Shown here: positions 26,587 through 37,796 of the stretch, piece after piece
How the letters are laid out: each line of letters begins with the position of its first letter
Numbering within the stretch: the stretch's first letter is position 1
Assembly: GCA_001244265.2 (NCBI GenBank)
Contig: CDLV01000012.1
Coordinates: 372,001 to 436,000, forward strand
Direction: 5' to 3'
Length of the DNA stretch: 64,000 nucleotides
DNA from: Microbotryum violaceum
Lineage: Eukaryota
Translations under genes and position numbers: made by a program
The notes under the pieces: generated by a model
Told to the model about the DNA's origin: nothing
Databases searched by the model: none
What the model saw: the letters and a program-made list of their open reading frames with translations, nothing else

Positions 26587-27638
26587 AACCGGATAAGGAT
26601 CCAGGATTTGTCGTTCAGAGGGGATGCACGACGCGTCGACCAGCAAGGTTGAAGTTTCGTTTCCTTGACAACGTGGGCTGCTGGGTATCGTCAAATCGAT
26701 GGGTGCGATCGCGTAGCCAATGGTCAGATGATGAAAGTGAATAGTGGGATCAGACCTCCATCTTCCACCGGAATCTTGAGGTTGTCCAAGAAGAAAGAAG
26801 AAGGCCACACACCCGACTCGAACCTCGCAACTCGCAAGCGTGGAGTCACCTTCCGCCGAGTCCTCCTTCCTAGCGCGTCTACCCTTCGGGGCCAACGTTT
26901 GGAGCCTCTTTTGGAGATCACGTGGTCAGACTGAACTACGCCTGGAATTTTGGGCTCGGCTTAAGTGCCGGTAGGCAACCACCCGGCGTGTGACCGCCGC
27001 CGTCCTCCCCCTTCTGGCGCGATTAGCGCGGAAATTAGAAAGGGGTACTTGTCTCAGGGGTGGTCGGTTGGGTTCAACTCACGTGCCGAAGTTCCTGAGG
27101 ACGAGAGGCCGAGAGACAGAACCACCTCGAGCTCGGTGTCGAGAAGCTGTCGCCCTTGTCGAATGTCAAGCCAGAAGTGAGGAACTGCACTACAGGCTTT
27201 CTTCCAGGCAGAAGACGAAGACCTGTTCAAGCTCTGAATCAAAGCCCACAGTTCAGTCTTCTCTTTCAAGTTTGTCGTTCAACGCGGTGGCGCGCTTGCT
27301 CGAATATGTTTGGGGAGCCTAGAAGCTGCAGAGCGTTCGAAGAGAATGAAACTGAGGGCTAAGATAACAGTAAACGCATCCTTGCTGGCTTCGATGCAGA
27401 AGCTATCGGTGAATGAATGTGTTGCCAAGCGAGAGTGTTTCCTGAGCGCCACCTGGGCTGGCCGCGATCAGTCTGCCTCCTTCGAAGCGGTCCGAGCGAC
27501 TGCGGCCTGCCGAAGCCAGGATCCCGTGACGCGCCTCGACGCGCCTCATTTCAGCCCGTTCCTCTGTGCTTCCCACTCAGCCGCCAAACCGCTCACAAGC
27601 CTTTCTTCAACAGCTCAACCCTCTCCTTCACCACCACC

Positions 27639-28876
27639 ATGGCAACCGAATATATTCCCCCCTTAACTTCCCTCTCCGCAGCCGAACAACGCTCGATCAA
27701 ATCGTCCTTGTTGACTGAACACTTTCAATTCCCTCCCGAAACGTTCGCCCGGAATGGCATGGATCTAGCGAATCAGACCATCTACGCGGCGACCAAGATT
27801 GTCGAGGACAGTTTGATGACGATGACGAGGCTGCCGGAGGAGGAAGGGGATGAAAGACCGTTTGTTTTCGAGGGGGATGATGTGCAAAAGGTGAGTTGGG
27901 ACGCGGGCGAGAGCTTGACGGGGTGTCAGAGAACAGTAAGGGACCAGAAGGTAGCAGGTTGTTCATGCTACTGCGCCTCTGTATTGCTTTCACAGGGCGT
28001 GTACCGCCTCGAGACGTTGTTGGAAGCCGCGGTGGACAAGTACTTTGATCTCTTCGAGCTGTTCGCGCTCCGCAATTCGTTCAACCTCCCTTCTGAGCTC
28101 ATCCCTTACATCGTACTATCCCATCAAGTAAGCACTTATTACGTCCGTACCTTGACGAGCTATCTCTCATTTGCCTGTCTCTCAATCAGGAACGGTTGGA
28201 CGATGCGCTCCTAGGCCAAGATCGAAGCGCGATCGAGGAATACGAACATGAACTCGCATCGTACGAACAGGCCTTACAAAAGGAAAGGGCCTTGAAGTGC
28301 GTCGAGGAGTTGGGACAACGCAAGTTGGATCGGATTAACGCGATTGCCAATGAGGTTGGGCAAATGTCGTCGGCGGGTCAGTAGTTTGCCACTGCTTGAC
28401 GAAGGCTTTTGGGGACAGCAAAAGCTGATATTGAACTCGAATTTGCTCCATAGAACCTATGTCCACTCGCATCGAGCAGCTCTCCTCCCAACTTCCCCAA
28501 CTACACCAAACTCTCTCCGTACTTCTCGAAACCCCTTCCCCATCCCTCGGCTCCACCCTCCCCTCTTCAACGACCACGACAAACGCTCATGAACCGTGGT
28601 CCGAATCGAGAAGTGCGTTCGTGAACTGGGCTACGAAGGCAAAGATCGATGCTTTGCCGAGCTCCTCGACTTTGACGGGAGCGGGTTCGAGTGGGTCGAC
28701 AGGGGATTCAGCGTTGGAGGGATTGAGGAGGGGTATGCAAGAGACGGGGGGAGGGGGGGAGGCTTTGGTGAGTTGACTTGGGACTACGGTACGGATGATG
28801 CACCCTTGGTGAAAAAGGGTCGCCTGACGGGTACCCGTGACCTTGTTCCTCGCAGGATCTGATGAAGAAGCTCTGA
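27639..28876 (+). CDS. MIS12: Kinetochore MIND complex subunit Mis12/Mtw1, multi-exon
   Basis: SLLTEHFQFPPETF...ANQTIY; GVYRLETLLEAAVDKYFDLFELFALRNSFNLP is the Mis12 domain signature. Confidence 0.85.
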
Positions 28877-29166
28877 TCGGATCGTCGGAGTCGAAATGTA
28901 CGACAAGTGAGGAGATGATTCTGCGACGAGGGCGTGTGTTCAATGTTGTACGAGTAGGTATGATCACAGGTGTATTCTATCGGTTCGTGTGGGTCAACGT
29001 AGCTGAAGAGAAACAAGGAAGAATGCTGCGGGCCTCGGGGCAAAACTCGGCCCTCACATGCCGAGTCGTCTGAAGTTTTGGCCGGGCCATTGCGAACCTA
29101 CGCGAAAGCTATGAATACAACATCTGATTCGTCAGAACAACTCCTACGTGATCACCCCTCAACATC

Positions 29167-29806
29167 TCACGCGCTACGCTCCCTGCCCAGCACCCGGTCC
29201 AGTACGTTGATCAAGCCTTTTTCGACCTCGAGCCAGAGCATCGGATCCAACTCGCCATTGATGGAAGCTGAACTCGCTGCAGCTGAGAAGGAACCGAGGT
29301 CCAGGGAAAGGTATATTTGGGTTTGGTAGCGTTTGGCTTTGAGTTGATGGGGGTCAGCTCCAGTTTGGGGGAAACCCGGGCAGGGGTCAGGGGCGGAGTA
29401 GCTGACCTAGTTTACCGGAGAGAAGAAGTGATTGGGGTGTTGACCTCGAAAGAGCGGTTGCTGTTGTTGATGAGGATGTGCTCCCTCGTGGCTGTGAGGA
29501 CCGCAATCGATAAAGGCTGTAGCCAGTTAGTTTCCCGAGCGTTCAACCGACATTGGTGTGGATTGCGGAGCGCCTCACGTGTTTCATAGGAGGAAATGCA
29601 ACGCTGAAGTCGGGCATGAGGGCGTAGGAGGAGGTGGAGGAGGTGGAGGACCCGAGCGAGAGGAGTACGGATTGACGGAGACGGGTTACTTGGACGTACA
29701 GAGGCGGAAGGGAGGAGTGGGGGGTGTTGAGCGGGAGAGGGTACGATTGGGAGGTGATGCTACTTGTTGTTGGTGGTATTTTTGTGGTGATCGTGGAGGT
29801 GGCCAT
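29167..29806 (-). CDS. Proteasome assembly chaperone 4-like protein (PAC4/Poc4), multi-exon
   Basis: LYVQVTRLRQSVLLSLG...DFSVAFP; C-terminal KRYQTQIYLSLDL...LEVEKGLINVL pattern resembles PAC4. Confidence 0.6.
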
Positions 29807-29931
29807 GCTGTAAGCTGGAGCGGATGTGGAGAGGCAACAAGAGAGGCCCGGGAGCCGCCAGTCATCATTAGGAATGACCCCCACTTGTTTGTAATGATCA
29901 ATTGCCCGTTTGAACTAACTCCCCCGAAGCA

Positions 29932-30266
29932 ACTTGTCGAACTACGAGTCCTCTTCTTTCACTCGATTTGGAAGCTCTGTCGCCGTCGTCGATTCTCGTC
30001 GGATCTTTTGGAACCGATCACCGAAACGGAGTTCGAGGGGCTTCGAGCCTCTATCCAGGAGTCCAAGGGTCGCCTAGTGTCTCTGTAAGACACCAAAGGG
30101 GGTTTTAGTGGGTATGGTTGATCCTGGTTCAGGGTCAATGAGTCCTACACTACTGGCTTCTGCCAGTGTTTCGTAACAGCATTCCCTCCGACTTTTCCGA
30201 AGATTTCTAGGTATTAATATAATTATGCTGTTAATGAAGTCTATCAAATAAAAAATAAAAATAAAA
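29932..30266 (+). mobile_element. 5'-truncated L1-like LINE 3' fragment, copy 2
   Basis: About 320 bp matching 15177-15495 with 2 substitutions by eye; ends in tail aaataaaaaataaaaataaaa. Confidence 0.8.
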
Positions 30267-30390
30267 CTTCGCACGCGCACGCGACCAAGTTAAACGACTC
30301 ATCACTTGACTCGTCGCTCGTGCTCCTCCGCCGCTCTTTCTCTCCACACCCGTCCCAGTCCTTGGTCTCAGACCGTCCCCCCCAAAAAAG

Positions 30391-32530
30391 ATGGCGCCGG
30401 TGGCATCAACGTCCAAGGCTCCGGCCACGGTCAAGCTCACCGCCGCGGAGAAGAGGCTGATTGAGATCGGTCTGGCCGCTCCGAAAGGCGTAGGTTCATC
30501 GTCGGCTTGCTCTCCTTTGGTGTGAGGTCTCACCTTTTTGGCTTGGATCAAGACTGACCACATCCTCCCTCTGTGCGAAACGCAGCAAATTACCCAAGCC
30601 GAGCTGTTGGCCAAGTCGAACCTCACCACCCAGGCTGTCGCCGATGCGGTCAACTCGATCCTACGAAAGGTCCGTTGATCCTTTTTCTCGTTTGGTCTAG
30701 CATCGCTGACGAGAAGCAACTACTCTTGACCAAACACAGAACCTGGTCCAACTGCTCCGCACCTCGACCGGTTCAGTCGAGTTCCGCTTCATCGCCAAGG
30801 AGGAAGCAAAGGCGTGAGTTCTGCCAAAAGTGACACGCGTTCGTCTAAAAAGGGACATCACTTGCTCAATCACTGTCTTCATACAGAATGGGCGCGATGG
30901 ACTCGGATGAGAAACTCGTCTTGGATCACATCAAGGATGCCAACAACAATGGTGGGTTTGTTCAGCGAGTGCGCGGATGGGACATCTGCGGACGATTTAT
31001 CTAATGTAAAAGAGCAAGTGTTGACACCAAACTCCTCGTCCAGGTATCTGGACCAAGTTCTTGCACAACAAGACAGGATTGCCCCGTACGACCATCAACA
31101 AGGTGCTCAAGACCTTGGAAGGGAGGAAGGTCGTCAAGACTGTCAAATCCGTCAAGGTGAGTAGGCGATCGCAACTCCTATCTCTTGCGTGAGGACGACG
31201 ACTCGACCAACACTCCTCTTCTCTCCCCGCTCCCTCGCAGCACCCTACGCGCAAGATTTACATGATGAGCAACATCGCACCTTCCGTTGAATTAACGGGA
31301 GGTCCCTGGTTCACCGACAACGAGCTCGACATGGAGTTTGTCGAGGCGCTCAAGAAGATTACGCTCGCTTACTTGACCAAACAGGTGCGTAACCCGCCGA
31401 GGCTCAAGCTCGGAATGTCGGAAGAACACCAAATTGATTTCTTGTCATTTGCTCACCAGACCCGCCCAAGGTCCTACAAGACCAAAAACGCACAACCGAA
31501 CGAACTGCCTCGCTTTCCCCTCTGGCCCGTCAGCGCCTCCCCCCGCCTCCCTCGCGTGCGCGACGTCTTGGACTACATCACCGAATCCGGCATCGCCGTC
31601 TCGGTCGAACTGAACGACGAACACGTCGAGTCGTTGCTGGAACTGATGATTTACGAAGGGACCGTCGAACGCATCTTGGTTCAAACCCCGGCTGATCAAG
31701 GTGCGCGTAGGAAAAAGAAGGACGGAGCGGTTAAGAAGAGGAAGAGGCCTATGGTGTCGAGTGATGAGGAGGACAGTGATGGAGGAGCGAGGAGACAGAA
31801 GAAGACGAAGAGCAAGAAGGGGGTCGCGGGACGCCGTCGTGCGACCAATGGCAAGGCGAGGAAAAAGTCGAGGTTGGATTCGACGGCTTTGGATGACGAC
31901 GATGATGATGATGACGACTCGGATGCTTCAGCCGATTTTGATGAGGATGAAGAGAGACGGTCGGATGCCGATGATGATGCGGGCAAAAGTAAGCGCAAGA
32001 AGAAGGTACGAACCAGGAAGCCTCTACGCAAGGTCAAGCCTGAAGACGACGACGCGTCGTCCGTCACGAATGATTCGACCTCTGAATCATCGGCTTCGGA
32101 TCGCGATGAGGATGACGAAGAGGAGGAAGAACGATTGGCTGCCTTGCGTCATCAACGTGAAGGAGGTGTCAACGATTACGTCTATCGCACCATTCGGGAA
32201 TACCATCCCGTCATCGGGTGGACTGACATGCCCTGCGGCAAATGTCCCGTCGAATCATTCTGCTGCGAGCCACCTCGTCGATTCGCTCAAGCTTCAGCTG
32301 TGAGCGCCTCTCGTGGCTCTCGCCGACCTGGCTTCCTGTCCTCCGGTCGACCCAAGATCGGGATCGAGCTCGAAGGAGGCATGAAAGGTGTCGGAATGAT
32401 TGGTGGTGCAGGCGCAGCGATCGGTATCTCGACGGCCAAATGGGGCGAGACGAAAGGGGTCGTTGGCAATGGCGTCGCACCCGTCAACCCGAGGGATTGT
32501 CAATACTTTAAAAAGTGGCTCGACTTTTAG
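30391..32530 (+). CDS. RPC34: RNA polymerase III subunit C34 (RPC6), multi-exon
   Basis: GIWTKFL...INKVLKTLEGRKVVKTVKSVK|HPTRKIYM; PSVELTGGPWFTDNELDMEFV; C-terminal PCGKCPVESFC...PVNPRDCQYFKKWLDF. Confidence 0.92.
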
Positions 32531-32602
32531 TGTCCCGCCTGCTCTTTACTCTTCGGAGACTTTCTTGAAGTTTTTGCTTGTGGGGGCTTGGGTGGGGTTC
32601 TG

Positions 32603-32769
32603 CAAAAGGGCTTGGATCGAAAGAGGCCCGAGGAATTTGCAATGCACAATTTATCTACATCCGACCTACCGGCCCATTGACAAAAAAGCCTGGATCGAAA
32701 GAGGCCCGAGGAATCTGCAATGTACAACTTATCTACATCCCACCTATCGGCCCAGTGACAAAAAAGCCT
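32603..32769. repeat. 78-bp tandem direct repeat (~2.1 copies)
   Basis: tggatcgaaagaggcccgaggaat... at 32613 and 32691, with a few substitutions. Confidence 0.9.
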
Positions 32770-34895
32770 AGATATTCGACGAAGGCTATCCGAGAAGGGG
32801 ATCGACGGCGACGGCACCCAGAGGAGGCACACGCCTAACGCCGAACCCGTGGTGAGCCGGGGTGACAGGTAAGCCGGCCCGATGGTGCACCCAGCCTCTT
32901 TTGCAAAACCTTCCCGTTGCTATACTCTCCACTCGGTATCCAGATTATGGGCCAAAGACGCGGGTGTGGATGTCTCATAGAAGCGGCTACAGGGAGAGGA
33001 GGGAAATGCCGATTCTTCCTCCGACGCCTTTCAGAGATGCGCGGCTGCGGTGACGTCGATTAAAACGTGCTGGCTTGACTCTGCAGACATCTTCCATCTT
33101 CCATTGTCTGTGATCCTCCTATCGATCCAGCCTACGCCCCCTATTAGTTAGTTCCTGCTCGGTTTAATATCCGCACAGACGTAGAGAGGGTCGACCCGCT
33201 TATACGAGGAGATCAGATATCCCTGGCGGAAGAAGAACGTGTGCATCTTCGGGCTATAAGCAGGGCCAAGCGGGCCTCCTAATTGAGCTTGACAACGCCA
33301 CTTTGCGAGCCAGGCATTATGCGACCAAGCACGTTAGGTCGGCCTTAATAATGAGCCTTTGTTCCAAGATGTGTAATTACAGACATTGTCCTTTGTTGTC
33401 ATCGAGTCAAGGCTAGGGTAGAGTGTACTGCTGGCAAACATGATCAATCAGCCTTCAACCGGCAACGCGGCGGGACAGGTCAGACTCGAGGATGGGGATG
33501 ATGGAGAGGAAGTGGGAATAATGTGAGAGGCTTCGCTGCATTTGCGCTTTTTTTTGGGGCTTTTTTCTTTTCTTTTTTCTTCTACATGCACGTGTCAAGC
33601 CGCGTTGCAAAGCAGCTCCGACTGGTGTCTGTTCTTTACCTCATTGTTCGGGTGTATGGGTAGAACGGATTCCGTGATAACCGAACTGGAATCCGAAAAT
33701 GGGGTTGGTGCTGACTGTGCTGGCAAAAGGAGGCGAGTCAAGCTCGCGCCGACCCCACTGCAGCCGTCGGCGCAAGGATTGCAGGCCTGCAGACTGCCGA
33801 CCCAGCTGCCGGCTGAGCGGGCCGACGCCGACGACTTCATAAACGACTCAGCCCGGGCAAAAAAAGTCCAACAGGCTTGCGGCGCTCACTCACTACACGA
33901 CATTGAAGCCCAGGAATCAATTGACACGTGGTTTGCTTATCCCGTTGTACGAGGGAACCTTGACGAACGGTGAGACGCCCGCACAGAGAGAGAATTCTCG
34001 GTGCAGTCATATCTCGGGGCGCGAAGGCCGACGCGCTCCGCTTTGGGAAGGCGAAGGGGCAGCCACCCGCTGGGCCCGCGCGGGGACCCTGCGCGCCAAA
34101 GAGCACACCCAGTAGGGCTCACACAATCGCCAGCTTGCCACAGAAGGGAAAAACCTGGAGTGAGCGGTGCCTGGGCGATCGGAAAGTGGTTGTCTGCGCG
34201 ACGCCAGGCTGGTCATCTCATGGCGATAGTGATCGCCAGCTCGCACAAATGCCTGTCGGCGCCGGTGTCCGAATTCGACGGCCTTGCCCGCACCTTGCTC
34301 CTGAGACTTTCTCTTCTAATGCAGCATGATGTGCACCGCGGTCTGATCTCTCGCTTCCGCTTTTCACTCTTTACCCCCACTACTATCCATCTTTCTGCTG
34401 TCGACGTAGGTGCTACTTTGGTGGACTCCAAGTCTGCTGCAGCAGCATCTCGTACAACTCGACAAGGCATCCTAGCTATCGCGACGAGTCGCAATTTGCC
34501 GGGATCCGAAGCGCTCAGCGCTCAGCCTCGCCCCTCACCGAGTGCCGATCAAGACATCAACGTCACGACCTATTCCGCCTTTCGTCCGTTGAGCACTGCC
34601 CTCGGCTCGTACCTTGCACGGGGCGGTCTCTCCGACTCGTGTACTCATCTCTTTCCTCACATCCTTTCACTTCACAGAGTTCCAACACCTGCCGACGTCG
34701 CCTTGGCGGTCCAACGAGCTTTCTCAGCTGCGGACGGTCTTAGGGTTGTGGGGCCCGGGCGCGAAACGCTGAGCGACTCGTAGGTCCCAACACGGCATGA
34801 TGTGCCACCATGCTCACATGCGCAGTACTTCGTCTGTTTAGTCCAACTGACCGATAGAGTGGTTTCTGTGCCTTGGGGGCAGCAGTAGAGGATCA

Positions 34896-37478
34896 ATGGG
34901 TCAGAACGCATCCACACTCCAAGCAGCGCCGACGACCGCTGGGTCGACTTCACTGAGCAAGCACAATGGGTTACCGATGGTCGAATCCGGTTCGACCGCA
35001 CCAAAACACCCCGGGACTTCCACACCTACACCTCGAGCTTTGGGGAAGAGACTCGAAGTGTCCAGGTCAGTCACCAAGAGGCAAGGTGCTCTCGAATCTT
35101 TGCCCAACGGCCGACTGGTAGTCATACCCAAGGCGCTCTCCAAATCGTCGCCGATCACTTTGGACGGCCTGAACAAGGCGGCGCACGAAGGGCTCGAGAG
35201 AAACAAGGCTCAGGACGAGTTGGAGTGCTTGAATGATTGTATCGGCCATTCTATGCCATGCGAACCAGCCCTTGCATCGGTTCAGGAGCTCGCCTCTTCC
35301 AACTACCCCAGCCGGCCGACCCCTATCTCGTACTGGTCGACGTCCACGATTGGAGACGGCGACTTTGAATCGAGCAAATCTGTGCGATCTACGCGACCGA
35401 CACCTAAATATCCCCACAAGACCAATTTTCCGTCTCCCCTGCGGTCAACCCATCCTACCCGATCACCTTCGGTCGATTCTCCTTCCGTTGCCAAGAAGCT
35501 CGGTCGACAACTCGCCAACGGGCTCAAGTTCCGCCAAGAATCGCCTCCCAGCCCACGTCTCACGGCTCCCATCGTCATAATTGGGGGTAGTCGGATGTCG
35601 GACAGACGCTACTCGGCGCTCAGCAAACGCAGCAACCGCTCGGCCAGTGCTGCTCCTACGATCAGGACTGCTACCGATGAGAGTATGACACTAGGGGCAT
35701 ACTCCGAGATGTTCGGTGGACTGGACGAGGACGACACCGCGGGCGATAATTTCATTGGCGTCTCATTGTCATCGGGAACCCAGACCCCTAGCGGCTCCTT
35801 CGAGCACTCCCCCAGACTGGATCACGTGGTGACCAAAAGACCCCAAGCTTCGGCCCCAGCGTCTTGCTACGGGTTCTCGGCACCTCCCAGCAGCAACGGG
35901 GACGACAACTCTCTCCAAGCTCCTCCTCTCAGTCAACCTCATCTGCTCGAGTCCAGGCACCGACAAAAGAACAGCGTCGTCTCCGCGGCTTCTAGAGCGA
36001 ATTCTCGTCGATCGTTCCTAGACTCGCTTACCCGTCTCATGGAGGACGCCGCGGAGCTTCTCGACGTCAGCGTAGACGACGAAGCTGATGTACCCCCTCT
36101 TCCTACCAAATCGGAGGGGAGCTCTCCGCGACCGTCCTTGCAAGTCATCACCAATGAGGTGATCGGTAACTCCAGCTCCTCGGGCAACGTCGCTGGGTCG
36201 AGCGAGATCGTGCCCCTATGCATGCCCCTTCAGAGGCGCAGACCATCGGTACCCACATCGCCATTGAGCACTCGATCCCCTCGCATTGGTCTTGCCCGTC
36301 GACCATCTATGATATCGCAAGCTTCTTTTCCAAAATCCGTCTCCGGGGAGGTTATGGGCGAGCGACCGACGAGCCAGGTCTCGGAGTCAGCTAGCAGCGA
36401 GCTCGGAGTACCCGCCTGGCCGCCCAAGGAGCTCGAATTGGACGCAGAGATCACTCAGGGCACTTATTCGATGCAACCAGCGGAAGTACCTGTGGGGACC
36501 ATCTCGCCAAATGGACAAGCGGCGCAACAGTTCCCAACGGTCGCTTCGCTATCGGCCGCTTCGACCTCTCCTGCTCGAACACCTTTCGTTCCTCGCTCTT
36601 TGCAGTTGAGTAAGAGTCGACCGCAGAGCCGAAAATCGGTCCAGTATAACTATAACGCATCGATGCCGAGAATGAGATCTTCGTCGTCTTCGATCAAAAT
36701 GACCCCGCATGTCGTACATGAGAGCCATTTCCCCACCCGCGACGCCGACTTCGGTGATGGTGATGCCACCTTGAACAACCCGAGCAGGACGTTGCAAACG
36801 TTGTTCGGTCATACGAAATACTACTTTGCGTCACCAATCGCCGCCAGTGCGGTAGACTTCGAATCGGCACCGACGATCGACATTCTTGGGCCGACGGAGC
36901 GCGTCATTGACAGTCCGACCATTGTCACCCCTCCTGCTGCGCCTCTGTCGACCGCAGTGGCGAATTTGAAGACACCGACGTTTGCGCACTTTTGCCTCAA
37001 GCGGGCTCAAGTGACGCACGAAGCTGCTGCCCTTGAACCCCCCACTCGAATGTCACCCATGACGACGTTGCGCGATCATGGTAGCGGCGTTTCTTCGACG
37101 CATTCGACGCCTGAACAACGTCGACAAGGATTCCTCCCCTTTCTTCACCCCGAAGCCTCCGCGGAAGAAGGCGCACAACAATACCCAGTCCTCGTCAATC
37201 GATTCGATGGAGTCAACCAAGACTCTTTTCGCCCCCGTTATTGTTCCGCCGAGGCGTTGGCCAAGCCGATGCATGATTTCGAGCGCGAGGGGTTTGAGCG
37301 AAGGGAGTCCGTACCGAGGTGGACGAGGCCGATGATTGGAAATGCAGCGTCAGGGCATGGTTTGAGAGCCCCCCAAGCTGCTTGGGATCCGCTGGCTAGT
37401 GGAGGAGCAGAAGGGGATAAGAGTCGGAACACGGTAGATGGCAAATTGAGGCTGGGCAAGGGGAAAGCGAGGTTTTGA
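34896..37478 (+). CDS. Uncharacterised 860-aa Ser/Pro-rich disordered protein with possible N-myristoylation start (MGQNAS)
   Basis: Single long ATG ORF; no recognisable domain. Confidence 0.7.
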   Translation: MGQNASTLQAAPTTAGSTSLSKHNGLPMVESGSTAPKHPGTSTPTPRALGKRLEVSRSVTKRQGALESLPNGRLVVIPKALSKSSPITLDGLNKAAHEGLERNKAQDELECLNDCIGHSMPCEPALASVQELASSNYPSRPTPISYWSTSTIGDGDFESSKSVRSTRPTPKYPHKTNFPSPLRSTHPTRSPSVDSPSVAKKLGRQLANGLKFRQESPPSPRLTAPIVIIGGSRMSDRRYSALSKRSNRSASAAPTIRTATDESMTLGAYSEMFGGLDEDDTAGDNFIGVSLSSGTQTPSGSFEHSPRLDHVVTKRPQASAPASCYGFSAPPSSNGDDNSLQAPPLSQPHLLESRHRQKNSVVSAASRANSRRSFLDSLTRLMEDAAELLDVSVDDEADVPPLPTKSEGSSPRPSLQVITNEVIGNSSSSGNVAGSSEIVPLCMPLQRRRPSVPTSPLSTRSPRIGLARRPSMISQASFPKSVSGEVMGERPTSQVSESASSELGVPAWPPKELELDAEITQGTYSMQPAEVPVGTISPNGQAAQQFPTVASLSAASTSPARTPFVPRSLQLSKSRPQSRKSVQYNYNASMPRMRSSSSSIKMTPHVVHESHFPTRDADFGDGDATLNNPSRTLQTLFGHTKYYFASPIAASAVDFESAPTIDILGPTERVIDSPTIVTPPAAPLSTAVANLKTPTFAHFCLKRAQVTHEAAALEPPTRMSPMTTLRDHGSGVSSTHSTPEQRRQGFLPFLHPEASAEEGAQQYPVLVNRFDGVNQDSFRPRYCSAEALAKPMHDFEREGFERRESVPRWTRPMIGNAASGHGLRAPQAAWDPLASGGAEGDKSRNTVDGKLRLGKGKARF

Positions 37479-37796
37479 TCGAGGCGAGATCAGGGGTTGG
37501 TTACAGGAGCAAGCGCTTTGATCTTTTCAGGTTTAAGACTCAGTGTTACGGTGAATTATGGAAAACAAAGGTGAAGCCCTGATAGTACTGTCTCTTCATT
37601 AGTATGGCCTTTTCAAGTGCTGAAAGCCACTTTCGATTTCGCACAATTCGGTCCCGACCTTCGCTAGATCTGTAGAGAACGAGTGATGCAAAACTTCACA
37701 GCCAAGTAATACTGAAAACACACAAAAAGCACCAAAGGGAATGATGTCGTGCAACACGAGTACAAAGAGGAATTACTATGGTCGATACCCTTGGCC

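Noticed and set aside
32603-32769. CRISPR-like array
   Set aside because: Contiguous tandem units with no unique spacers, in eukaryotic DNA with no cas genes
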